39,820 bases of DNA from Candidatus Kaiserbacteria bacterium RIFCSPHIGHO2_01_FULL_55_37 (lineage in GTDB: Bacteria; Patescibacteriota; Minisyncoccia; Phycocordibacterales; UBA2100), in NCBI GenBank assembly GCA_001781175.1, contig MFKY01000023.1:363-40182 (forward strand), in the 5' to 3' direction. Each line of letters begins with the position of its first letter. Position 1 is the first letter of the stretch. Of the stretch, positions 18,362 through 26,643 are shown in pieces. Both the position numbers and the translations under genes were made by a program. A model generated the notes under the pieces. The model had not been told where the DNA came from. It was given only the letters and a program-made list of their open reading frames with translations, and made no database searches.

Positions 18362-18405
18362 GCATCAATACTACAGGACCGTATACGGGGGACAAACCAG
18401 CTTGT

Positions 18406-19029
18406 TCACACCCCCGCAATTGCCTGCGCAATTGAATAGATGAAGGTGCTGAATGCCCCTCCGAGCAAGAACACTATTAGTAGAACGATGCCTATACCCA
18501 TGAACGGGTTCATCTCCATACGCCCCCGCCACTGCTCGTAGCCACTAGACAAAGACCGGGGCAAAAGTGCCGCGAGTACCTTGGAGCCGTCGAGTGGTGG
18601 CACGGGGATGAGGTTGAAGAAGCAGAGCATGACGTTGACGACGACGATGAGAAACACAATGTCGTTTCCCGTAGAGAGAAGCCCGGAGCGGATGATGAGG
18701 CCGCCGATGATGGCGATCACGAGATTGGATGCGGGGCCGGCTCCGGCAACGATAGCCTCAGAGAATCGGCCAGGCCGGAGATTGTACGGATTGTAGGGCA
18801 CCGGCTTCGCCCAGCCAAAGAAGAAAGGCGACTGTGAAAGTGCCAGCAGGATTGGTAGAATGATAGAGCCGAACATGTCGAGGTGCGGAATGGGGTTGAG
18901 CGTAAGGCGCCCGGCATAGCGTGCAGTCGGGTCGCCGAGTTTGTCGGCAGCGACACCGTGCATCACCTCGTGGATGACGGCGGAGAACATGATGATGGCG
19001 ACGAGGAAAAGTGTGTCCATGATTTGCAT
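18406..19029 (-). CDS. Site-2 protease (peptidase M50)
   Basis: HEVMH, LTLNPIPHLD, FGWAKPVP, NLIPVPPLDG. Confidence 0.95.
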   Translation of the reverse strand: MQIMDTLFLVAIIMFSAVIHEVMHGVAADKLGDPTARYAGRLTLNPIPHLDMFGSIILPILLALSQSPFFFGWAKPVPYNPYNLRPGRFSEAIVAGAGPASNLVIAIIGGLIIRSGLLSTGNDIVFLIVVVNVMLCFFNLIPVPPLDGSKVLAALLPRSLSSGYEQWRGRMEMNPFMGIGIVLLIVFLLGGAFSTFIYSIAQAIAGV

Positions 19030-19040
19030 ATATGCTCCGC

Positions 19041-19052
19041 CATGGTACCATG
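19041..19052. promoter_or_regulatory. Palindromic bidirectional extended -10 candidate
   Basis: CATGGTACCATG reads TGgTACCAT on both strands, 11-12 nt from two divergent ATGs. Confidence 0.5.
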
Positions 19053-19062
19053 CGCGCCACAT

Positions 19063-19305
19063 ATGGCTCGAGTTTGTGACATAACGGGTAAGAAATCGCA
19101 GATGGGCGGCGGGTATTCTAACCGCGTCCGCGCGACCAAATTCAACCCGACGGGCAAACGCCGCCGCCAGGTCAACCTCCAGACGAAGACACTTTTCATC
19201 CCAGAACTCGGCAAGAAAATCACGGTCCGCGTCTCGGCCAAAGGCCTGAAGACCATGCAGAAGCGTGGAGCATTTTTGACCCTCAAGAAAGCAGGTCTCG
19301 TGTAG
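19063..19305 (+). CDS. rpmB: 50S ribosomal protein L28 (80 aa)
   Basis: MARVCDITGK...KRRRQVNLQ...VRVSAKGLKT; start corrected from 18883. Confidence 0.95.
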   Translation: MARVCDITGKKSQMGGGYSNRVRATKFNPTGKRRRQVNLQTKTLFIPELGKKITVRVSAKGLKTMQKRGAFLTLKKAGLV

Positions 19306-19362
19306 AAGAAGGCCGGTACGACTCGCGTGCCAGCCTCCTTGTCTAGTCTTCCGCCCACATCG

Positions 19363-19773
19363 CTACTTTGGGGGCGGCTTCTTTTTCTTTTTCGTCTTCT
19401 TTGTCACCTTCTCGACAGGAGCAGTGACAGTTGTCGCGCGCTCCGGTCCTTCCGAAAAGAACCGGAGGACAACAACGAAACCTGCCGCGGTCGTAGTAAG
19501 GGCAAGCGGGTTGGCGTAGATTGCAACATAGACGCCAACAAAGCCGAGCCCGCATCCGACTGCGATGAGTAGTGCGTTAACCCATGTGTACCGCCAGCCA
19601 TATCGGAACCAGCCGCACACACCGAGAATGACGACGGCGAGTGCGAACAGGTCGATGACAAGACTGATCGCAAAACCGACCAGTATCGCAACGACAAGTA
19701 CGATAAAGGTCTGCTGCACTGCCCACCACCGCCAATTCTTGTCCAGGCGCGAAGAGAAGAACAGATCTGACAT
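19363..19773 (-). CDS. Hypothetical multi-TM membrane protein
   Basis: About four hydrophobic segments, Lys-rich tail, AGGGGG before the start. Confidence 0.7.
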   Translation of the reverse strand: MSDLFFSSRLDKNWRWWAVQQTFIVLVVAILVGFAISLVIDLFALAVVILGVCGWFRYGWRYTWVNALLIAVGCGLGFVGVYVAIYANPLALTTTAAGFVVVLRFFSEGPERATTVTAPVEKVTKKTKKKKKPPPK

Positions 19774-19817
19774 GGCATTCCCCCTGCTGTCTTATGATTT
19801 CATTCTCCGAAGCTATA

Positions 19818-20672
19818 CTACTCACGGACTACGGTTTGTCCATCCGACACAAATGTAACCGTGCCGTCTTTGCAGGTATCAAATGCCGGGATGCCGAATT
19901 GCGCGAAGCGCTCCACGGTCTCTTGCGCGGGGTGGCCGTACTTATTGTCACACCCGCGCGAAAACACCGCATACTCAGGGGCGACGTATCCGAGGAAGAG
20001 GGGCGACGAGGAGGTCTTCGAGCCGTGGTGTCCGGCTTTCAGTACATTTGATTTGAGCGTCGAGGTGCCGAGCGCCACAAGATAATTTTCAATCGAACGC
20101 GGAGCGTCGCATGAGAGCATGAACGCGGTCGCGCCGTAGACGAGCCTCGCGACGACGCAGCCGTCGTTGGTGTCTACGTGCGGCACGGACCTGTCGGGAG
20201 AGAGTATTTGTAGGTACGCCCCTCCGCCTAGGTCAACAATTTGTCCGCGTATAGCGACAACTTCCTGTGCATGCTCATCCGCCATCATGCGGTTAAACGC
20301 GGCAAACGTTTTCGTATCCCCTTCGACGCTCGAGTGAATGACGGTGTCCACTTTATATCGTGCGAGTACGTCGACGAGTCCGCCGATGTGGTCGGCATCC
20401 GGATGTGTCGGGATTACGACGTCTATTGAACGGTCGTACCAAGGCATCACGCGTGAAAGTTCGCGCAGCACGCTGGTACTGGGCCCGCCGTCGATGAGTA
20501 CCTGCCTCCCGCTCGGCGCTTGAATGAAGATAGAATCGCCCTGGCCGATGTTGAGAAATGAGACGGTGAGGGAGCCGCGGTGGTCTTCTCGCATTGCCAC
20601 GTACCAGATGCAAATCGCGGCAAGGAGAAGTACAACTATCGCCACTCCTTTTATCTGCACGCTTTTTTGCAT
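19818..20672 (-). CDS. ComEC/Rec2-type metallo-beta-lactamase-fold protein (stand-alone)
   Basis: IGQGDS, LIDGG, THPDADHIGG, GHHGS, NKYGHP. Confidence 0.92.
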   Translation of the reverse strand: MQKSVQIKGVAIVVLLLAAICIWYVAMREDHRGSLTVSFLNIGQGDSIFIQAPSGRQVLIDGGPSTSVLRELSRVMPWYDRSIDVVIPTHPDADHIGGLVDVLARYKVDTVIHSSVEGDTKTFAAFNRMMADEHAQEVVAIRGQIVDLGGGAYLQILSPDRSVPHVDTNDGCVVARLVYGATAFMLSCDAPRSIENYLVALGTSTLKSNVLKAGHHGSKTSSSPLFLGYVAPEYAVFSRGCDNKYGHPAQETVERFAQFGIPAFDTCKDGTVTFVSDGQTVVRE

Positions 20673-20741
20673 TGCATCATTCTACCTTCACATGGGTAAG
20701 TGGTATTATTGTGTTGCTACTAGTAGTTAATTTCTATACCT

Positions 20742-21329
20742 ATGTACGAATCAAAAAAGTTTACTCTCCCCTCTCTCGGCGGCATCTCGGATGAGTCGGT
20801 CAAACAACACATCGGCCTCTACGAAGGCTACGTGAAAAATTTCAATGCGATTTCCACGAAATTAGTCGAGTACGCAAAGGAGGGCACCGAGAAGAACGCG
20901 CTTGCGCTCGGCGAACTGGTCCGTCGCAAATCGTTCGAATTCGACGGCATGCGCTTGCACGAATTGTATTTCGAGCAATTCGAGAACGGCGCAAAGGCAC
21001 TTGATGAAAATTCCGCCCTCGGGAAAGCGTTCGCGACGGAGTACCACGGATATTTCGTCGAATACATGAAGGCTATCGGCAGCATGCGCGGTCCGGGCTG
21101 GGCAATCCTTTACTGGGACCCCGTCGGTAAGCAATTTCAGACCGGCTTTGCCAGCGAGCAGCACCAGGGGCATTTCGTCACTCTCCCCGTCCTCCTCGCG
21201 CTCGACGTGTGGGAACACGCATTTCTCCTCGACTACGGCGCCGCGGGCAAAGGCAAATACATGGACGCATTTTTCAAAAATTTGAATTGGGGTGTCATAG
21301 AGAAGCGGTCCGACGAGGCGCAAAAATAG
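20742..21329 (+). CDS. Fe/Mn superoxide dismutase family protein
   Basis: HIGLYEGYV, LHELYF, GPGWA, LDVWEHAF. Confidence 0.92.
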   Translation: MYESKKFTLPSLGGISDESVKQHIGLYEGYVKNFNAISTKLVEYAKEGTEKNALALGELVRRKSFEFDGMRLHELYFEQFENGAKALDENSALGKAFATEYHGYFVEYMKAIGSMRGPGWAILYWDPVGKQFQTGFASEQHQGHFVTLPVLLALDVWEHAFLLDYGAAGKGKYMDAFFKNLNWGVIEKRSDEAQK

Positions 21330-21404
21330 ACTCCCGGGCAGATTTGTGCCATGTTTCCCGGATACCACGTGCGACGTGGTACATGCAAAACGTGAGGTTG
21401 AACA

Positions 21405-21752
21405 ATGTCTGTGCGGAAAGAAAACGATGTGGTCTCATTCCCGCTTCTCGAGTTCGAGGACGGAATGCCTTCCCTGATTCTCGCGGGTGGCCGAAAAGGT
21501 CCCACGAGCGATACGCTCTTGCAGGGCCAGGCAACGCAGCTCCTCATCTTCAAAGTGCGTCGCAACCATGAGAAAAATATCGACGCACTGCGCCAACAGG
21601 CGAAGGCGTTGCGGGCCAACGGCGAGCAAAAGGTCGACATGTTGACCACCGAGACGGAAGAGATGGTCAACGCGGCAATCAAGAAACTCGAGTCCGAACA
21701 GGTCTGCGGCGACGCATCGCCCAATGTTAAAGAAAAGCGGAAACGGGCCTGA
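21405..21752 (+). CDS. Hypothetical protein (115 aa)
   Basis: GAGG before the ATG, coiled-coil-like C-terminal half, hairpin at about 21780-21799 after the stop. Confidence 0.6.
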   Translation: MSVRKENDVVSFPLLEFEDGMPSLILAGGRKGPTSDTLLQGQATQLLIFKVRRNHEKNIDALRQQAKALRANGEQKVDMLTTETEEMVNAAIKKLESEQVCGDASPNVKEKRKRA

Positions 21753-21811
21753 ACCCTGAATATCCGCTGCACTCATCGGGCCGGCGGCAACGCCGGCTCT
21801 TGTTTGTGTGT

Positions 21812-21971
21812 GTGGAGAAGCCCGCTTGCCCGGTTAGTAGGGACTGGCGAATAATTGCGCCCGCAACGAAGAAAGTTTATGAGAGAAAGTGGAGGAAGTG
21901 AGAAATAACGGTAATCTACTACTCTGTGCTTCGCGCGTCGCCAGTCCACACTGCCGGGCTTGCGTTCTCAC
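21812..21971. ncRNA. Candidate rod-like structured RNA; family and strand unresolved
   Basis: Nested pairings gagaa/ttctc, gcccgg/ccgggc, ggactggcga/tcgccagtcc, cgaag/cttcg in intergenic DNA. Confidence 0.45.
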
Positions 21972-22015
21972 CCAGCATGGTATCCTTAATACATTAGGAT
22001 AATCATATATACATT

Positions 22016-22441
22016 ATGAACGTAGATAGGGCGATTTTGGTAGGGTTTTTAGGCAATTATTTGATAATTACAGTCGTCGCATCCTTTGTGGCGATTATTC
22101 CGGCATCTACCGGCGGAGGGATGCTGACTCCCCAGTACATTTCCTTCGTCGTCCTCGCGGCGCTTCTTGTCGGTCTTCTCACCTGGTGGTACGGCGCGCG
22201 TGACCTCAAAAATGGCGCTTATTTTGGTGCCATTGGATTTGCCGTGACCATCGTGACCGCATTTATAACGGGCGTCGCGTCGGTGTTTGCGCAGACGGGT
22301 TCGTTCTCAGCGATAGCTGGCGTGCTCCCTAATTTCTTGCCCTTCCTCATGAAATGGTCAACTCTCGTGTCGGCGGCCTATTGGATACTTCCCGCAGCGG
22401 CCCTGGGTTGGTACATGCAAAAGAAGTCGTCCTCGGTATAA
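22016..22441 (+). CDS. Hypothetical four-TM membrane protein
   Basis: Four hydrophobic helices; clean ORF converging on comEC. Confidence 0.75.
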   Translation: MNVDRAILVGFLGNYLIITVVASFVAIIPASTGGGMLTPQYISFVVLAALLVGLLTWWYGARDLKNGAYFGAIGFAVTIVTAFITGVASVFAQTGSFSAIAGVLPNFLPFLMKWSTLVSAAYWILPAAALGWYMQKKSSSV

Positions 22442-22457
22442 TTGTTGTCCGATACAG

Positions 22458-23924
22458 CTAAAAGGCGCGGCCGTCGGCCGCTCCTTTTTTCGTGTACCAC
22501 AACCCGCCGAACATGAGGGCGTATGCCCCGAACATCCACCATGCGCTGAATGATGCGACCGATACCGAGGCAAACGGGAGAGCCGCAAAGAACTGCGCGA
22601 CGCCGATGATGTATGCGAGCAATGCGTACGCAGGAAACGCAATAAACGTCCCGAGCGAGCCGAACAATATCCCCGCCATCGCGGAGATGACGGAGAGTCC
22701 CATTGCCCACGGCACCACAACGAGCGCAAGAAGATTCGCCGGCAGTGCGACGAGTGAGAGAAGCCCATTTTGATACAACAGAAGCGGCAGTACCGTCATT
22801 TGCGTACCGAGTGTCGAGGCGGCAATCTCGCGCAGTGCGAATTTCTCCGGTATCCAATAAAGCCACCGCGCGAATACGGGAGAGAAAAGAACGAGCCCGA
22901 GCGTCGCGAGTACCGATAATTGGAATCCCGGGTCAAACGCGAAAATATACGGGTTCCAAAGCACCATCACGAGTACGACGACGCTAAGCGCACGAAGTGC
23001 CAGATACATACGCCCCGTCATGCGCGCGATGAGCGGGAGGAGTGCCATCGCGCCGGCACGCGTCGCACTCGGTGCCATGCCTGTCATGAGCACGATGAAC
23101 ACGACGATGAGCACACTCGCCGATAGTTGTGCGAGGCGCGACATTCCCGCAAGCAATTTTCCGGCCAAGTTCATCACGATTGTTATGTTGTATCCGGAAA
23201 GCACGATGATGTGCACGAGCCCGACGGCAATGAAAATGTCCGAGTACTCCTTTCCCACTCCGCGTTTGTCCCCCACCGTAATGCCGCCGGCAAGTCCCGA
23301 CTCCGGCTCCGGCAAAACCGCCTGTAACCCTTCCAGATATTTTTGTTTCGTCCAAATCGCCGCCGTCCGCAGAGGGTTTTTGTATCCTTCCGCAATTTTT
23401 TCCGCTTGTGCGAAAGAGAGCGTATACAAAATCCTGTCTTTGGCGAGGAACATCGGATAGTTGAATTGTCTGCCAAGCGTCGTTTCGAAACTTTCCGGCA
23501 GTCCGAGTTTCCCCTTGACCCGGACAACGTCCCCGTAATGCACTTCCGTATGCGGCGGCACTACGGCGAGCACGCTGATATCACCGACGCGTATGCGCAG
23601 CCGCACATTGCCCTCGCGAACATCGGGTTCGTCAACGACGAGACCGTCAACGGTCACCGTCTCCCCAAGATGCGAGGTGAGTTCCGGAGTACCATCCAGC
23701 ACCGCAAAATCCATACGGACAATCCCTGCCACACATGCGGCGAGTGCGACCGAGATAATCATCAACTGCTTCCATTTTGGTCTTTCGAAGTATGCAAAAG
23801 CGAGCGCGGTGAGAGAAAGTAAAAATAAAAAAGCCGCGAAAGGCCATGGCACGGAAAAGAACGAGCGCGCGAGAACCCCCGCCAAGAATCCTCCGACTAT
23901 CGCAGAGAGAACTCCCGGCGCCAT
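22458..23924 (-). CDS. comEC: ComEC/Rec2 DNA uptake channel (OB-like and Competence domains)
   Basis: GLVHIIVLSGYNI, SATRAGAM, DPGFQLSVLAT, LPANL. Confidence 0.93.
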   Translation of the reverse strand: MAPGVLSAIVGGFLAGVLARSFFSVPWPFAAFLFLLSLTALAFAYFERPKWKQLMIISVALAACVAGIVRMDFAVLDGTPELTSHLGETVTVDGLVVDEPDVREGNVRLRIRVGDISVLAVVPPHTEVHYGDVVRVKGKLGLPESFETTLGRQFNYPMFLAKDRILYTLSFAQAEKIAEGYKNPLRTAAIWTKQKYLEGLQAVLPEPESGLAGGITVGDKRGVGKEYSDIFIAVGLVHIIVLSGYNITIVMNLAGKLLAGMSRLAQLSASVLIVVFIVLMTGMAPSATRAGAMALLPLIARMTGRMYLALRALSVVVLVMVLWNPYIFAFDPGFQLSVLATLGLVLFSPVFARWLYWIPEKFALREIAASTLGTQMTVLPLLLYQNGLLSLVALPANLLALVVVPWAMGLSVISAMAGILFGSLGTFIAFPAYALLAYIIGVAQFFAALPFASVSVASFSAWWMFGAYALMFGGLWYTKKGAADGRAF

Positions 23925-23927
23925 GGA

Positions 23928-24332
23928 CTACGTCGCCGCATCTATCGCTTCATTGACGAGCGCGTCCGCTTCGGCATTTTCCTCACGCGGGATGTGCACA
24001 AAATGATATTTCGGGAAATCCGCGAGAAGCGCATGCACTTTAGCGACCTGCGGCTTGAGTGTCGGCTCTTTAATCTTCCAATTCCCCAATATTTGTTCGA
24101 CGACGAGCTTGCTGTCCATGCGTACTTCTATTTCCCGCCCCGCGAGCCCGCGAGCCTTTGCAGCGTGCAACGCGAGCGCCACGGCTTCGTACTCCGCCCA
24201 ATTGTTGGTCTGACTCCCGAGATATTTTCTCAGCTCGACCCTCTTTTTGCCGTCAATAACGACAACGCCTGCTCCGGCGGGCCCGGGATTGTTTCTGGCT
24301 CCTCCGTCCGTATAAATCACTATTTTCTGCAT
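23928..24332 (-). CDS. rnhA: Ribonuclease HI
   Basis: YTDGGARNNPG, TNNWAEYEA, DSKLVV, PREENAEADAL. Confidence 0.95.
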   Translation of the reverse strand: MQKIVIYTDGGARNNPGPAGAGVVVIDGKKRVELRKYLGSQTNNWAEYEAVALALHAAKARGLAGREIEVRMDSKLVVEQILGNWKIKEPTLKPQVAKVHALLADFPKYHFVHIPREENAEADALVNEAIDAAT

Positions 24333-24415
24333 AGTTTGTTGTCCCCGTCGGCCTGCCCCGTAGTCAACGCGCAGCGTTGTACTACCGGGGTGTAGATGAT
24401 TACTTTCCGGGACAT
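24320..24415 (-). pseudogene. Remnant rnhA 5' end interrupted by a 39-bp palindromic insert
   Basis: MSRKVIIYT[13 codons]DG versus MQKIVIYTDG of the intact gene; ATG 10 bp after the recJ stop. Confidence 0.6.
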
Positions 24416-24425
24416 GAAGTCCGTA

Positions 24426-26114
24426 TTATACCGATATGGGCAGGATATCCACAATGCGCAAGGCGAGGCCACCGCGGTATGAATCGCGCTCTATCGTTGC
24501 GAGCAGACTCGCGAATTGTCCCGGCTCCGGCTCAAATGAGAAATCTTGAGGCGACTTGAAAAAATCGAACGCGCGCGCGGAATTCCCGCTCGTGCGGCAT
24601 TCGAGCATGACCTCGACGTGATTGTTCTCCTTCCCGAAACGTTTCACCCCTGTGATGGTCGTGTTGCTCAGAAGGAAGACCGGCTTCGGATTTCCGACAC
24701 CGAAAGGCGCGAGCTTCGAAACTTCTCTGAAGAGCGCCGACGAGATATCAGAAAGGGCGAGAGACACGTCGTGTTCAAGTGCGACTCTATCCGCACGAGG
24801 CGGTAACTTTTCTGCGGCACGCGTGAGTACCTCCGGCAATTGATGCACCTGCTCGTGTGAAACGGTAAAGCCGCCTGACGCAGCATGCCCTCCGCATTCC
24901 TCGAAAACGTCCCCTGCGTTCTCAAAAAGCTCGGCGAGAGACACGTCGCCATCCGAACGGCACGAGCCTTTCAGTTTCCCGTTCGCGTCCCGTCCCCACA
25001 GACACACGATGCCGCCTCTGTCCGACATCAAAGAGTTAGCCGCGAGACCCAGAAGCGCCGGCTTCCATTCGGGATTTCCCAAGACGACGACGCGGTCGTT
25101 CTCTTTGTATCGCTCTTTCACGTGGGTCCGCGCTTGTTTTACCAGACTCGCGACCACTCCCTTTCTCTTCGTGTTCAGTTTCTCGAGTTGCGCAGCCAGG
25201 CTTTCGGCTTCGGCAACATCGCGTGTAACGAGAAGCCGCAGCGCCAAGTCCGGCTCATCCATCCGCGAAGCCGCGTTCACGCGAGGTGCGATAGAAAATC
25301 CGATGTCACTTTCAGAAAGTTCATTCTGTCTCAGACGAAGCTTGTTGCAGAGCGCCTGAATACCGGGCCGCGGTGATTTGCGCAGTACCTGTAGACCCCA
25401 ATGGGTGAGTGCGCGATTTTCTCCTATAAGCGGCACCATATCGGCGACGGTCGCGATGGCGACCATATCGAGCAGCCACTTTTCCCAACCTTCCGGGATA
25501 TCGTGTTTCCCGGCAAGAGTGACTGCTGCGCCCTTTCGAAGCTCGCCTGTCGGCGAGCGAAGTAGGGCCTGCGCAAGCTTGAAAGCGACCGCAGCCCCGC
25601 ACAAATGCGGGAATGGGTATGGTGCGATTTTCGGATTCAACACTGCAACCGCATCGGGAAGTTCTCCCGAAATTTCATGGTGGTCGGTCACGATGACGTC
25701 AACGCCTTTTTCTTTGGCGTACGCAACCGCGTCAATCGCAGTCGTACCGACGTCCACCGTGATGATGAGTTTCACACCGCGCGCGGCGAGTGCCTCTATC
25801 GCTTCAGCGTGAAATCCGTATCCCTCCCTGTCGCGATGCGGCAGATACACCTCGAAATTTTCATACCCGATTTTATTGAAAAGGTCGGAAAGCAGCGCGG
25901 CACCCGGGATACCATCGCAATCAAAATCCGCATACACCGCAATGCGCTCGTTCTTTTCTATCGCCGACGACAATCGCGCCACGGCAACATCCATCCCGTG
26001 CAATAAGAACGGGTCGTGCGTGTGTAGTTCATAATCGGGATTGAGAAAAGCCGAGACTTCGGCAGCGTCGGATATTCCCCGTTTTGCAAGAAGCCTTACC
26101 ACGAGGTCGTGCAT
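24426..26114 (-). CDS. recJ: ssDNA exonuclease RecJ
   Basis: DFDCDG, EGYG, TVDVG, TDHH, APRVNAASR, GSCRS, GGH, PFGVGNP. Confidence 0.96.
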   Translation of the reverse strand: MHDLVVRLLAKRGISDAAEVSAFLNPDYELHTHDPFLLHGMDVAVARLSSAIEKNERIAVYADFDCDGIPGAALLSDLFNKIGYENFEVYLPHRDREGYGFHAEAIEALAARGVKLIITVDVGTTAIDAVAYAKEKGVDVIVTDHHEISGELPDAVAVLNPKIAPYPFPHLCGAAVAFKLAQALLRSPTGELRKGAAVTLAGKHDIPEGWEKWLLDMVAIATVADMVPLIGENRALTHWGLQVLRKSPRPGIQALCNKLRLRQNELSESDIGFSIAPRVNAASRMDEPDLALRLLVTRDVAEAESLAAQLEKLNTKRKGVVASLVKQARTHVKERYKENDRVVVLGNPEWKPALLGLAANSLMSDRGGIVCLWGRDANGKLKGSCRSDGDVSLAELFENAGDVFEECGGHAASGGFTVSHEQVHQLPEVLTRAAEKLPPRADRVALEHDVSLALSDISSALFREVSKLAPFGVGNPKPVFLLSNTTITGVKRFGKENNHVEVMLECRTSGNSARAFDFFKSPQDFSFEPEPGQFASLLATIERDSYRGGLALRIVDILPISV

Positions 26115-26138
26115 GATGTCTTATTGTATACTGGATAC

Positions 26139-26558
26139 ATGAATGCTGCTGATTGCCTGTTTTGTAAAATAGTTGTACGGGAAATTCCCGCGCAAATCGT
26201 CTATGAAGACGACAACGTATTGGCATTCCTCGACATCAACCCTATTAACCCCGGTCATACCCTCGTTATACCGAAGAAGCACTCTAAGGACATCTTCGAG
26301 ATAGATTACGCGGAATGGACTGCCGTCATGCGCGCCGCGCGTGTCATTGCCCACGCGCTAGAGACTGCACTCAAGACCGACGGTATCAACCTCGGCATGA
26401 ACAACCGCGCAGGTGCCGGCCAGGTGGTTTTCCACGCCCACGTGCATGTGATACCGCGATTCGAAGGCGATCCGCACAAGCTCTGGCGCGGCAAGCCGTA
26501 CGCCGAGGGAGAATTCGCAGCAACAGGAGACAAAATTCGCGCAGCGCTCAATAAATAA
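26139..26558 (+). CDS. HIT family protein
   Basis: DCLFCKI, GHTLVIPK, HAHVHVIPR; start corrected to ATG 26139. Confidence 0.95.
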   Translation: MNAADCLFCKIVVREIPAQIVYEDDNVLAFLDINPINPGHTLVIPKKHSKDIFEIDYAEWTAVMRAARVIAHALETALKTDGINLGMNNRAGAGQVVFHAHVHVIPRFEGDPHKLWRGKPYAEGEFAATGDKIRAALNK

Positions 26559-26593
26559 ATCATTGCGGGGCCTACCCGAGCCTTCTCGTTCGG

Positions 26594-26629
26594 ATTCCAA
26601 TACTTAATTTTTACATTAAGTATTGGAAT
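26594..26629. repeat. AT-rich perfect inverted repeat (15-6-15) between convergent genes
   Basis: attccaatacttaat-ttttac-attaagtattggaat. Confidence 0.8.
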
Positions 26630-26643
26630 TGGGCATCAAAGGA

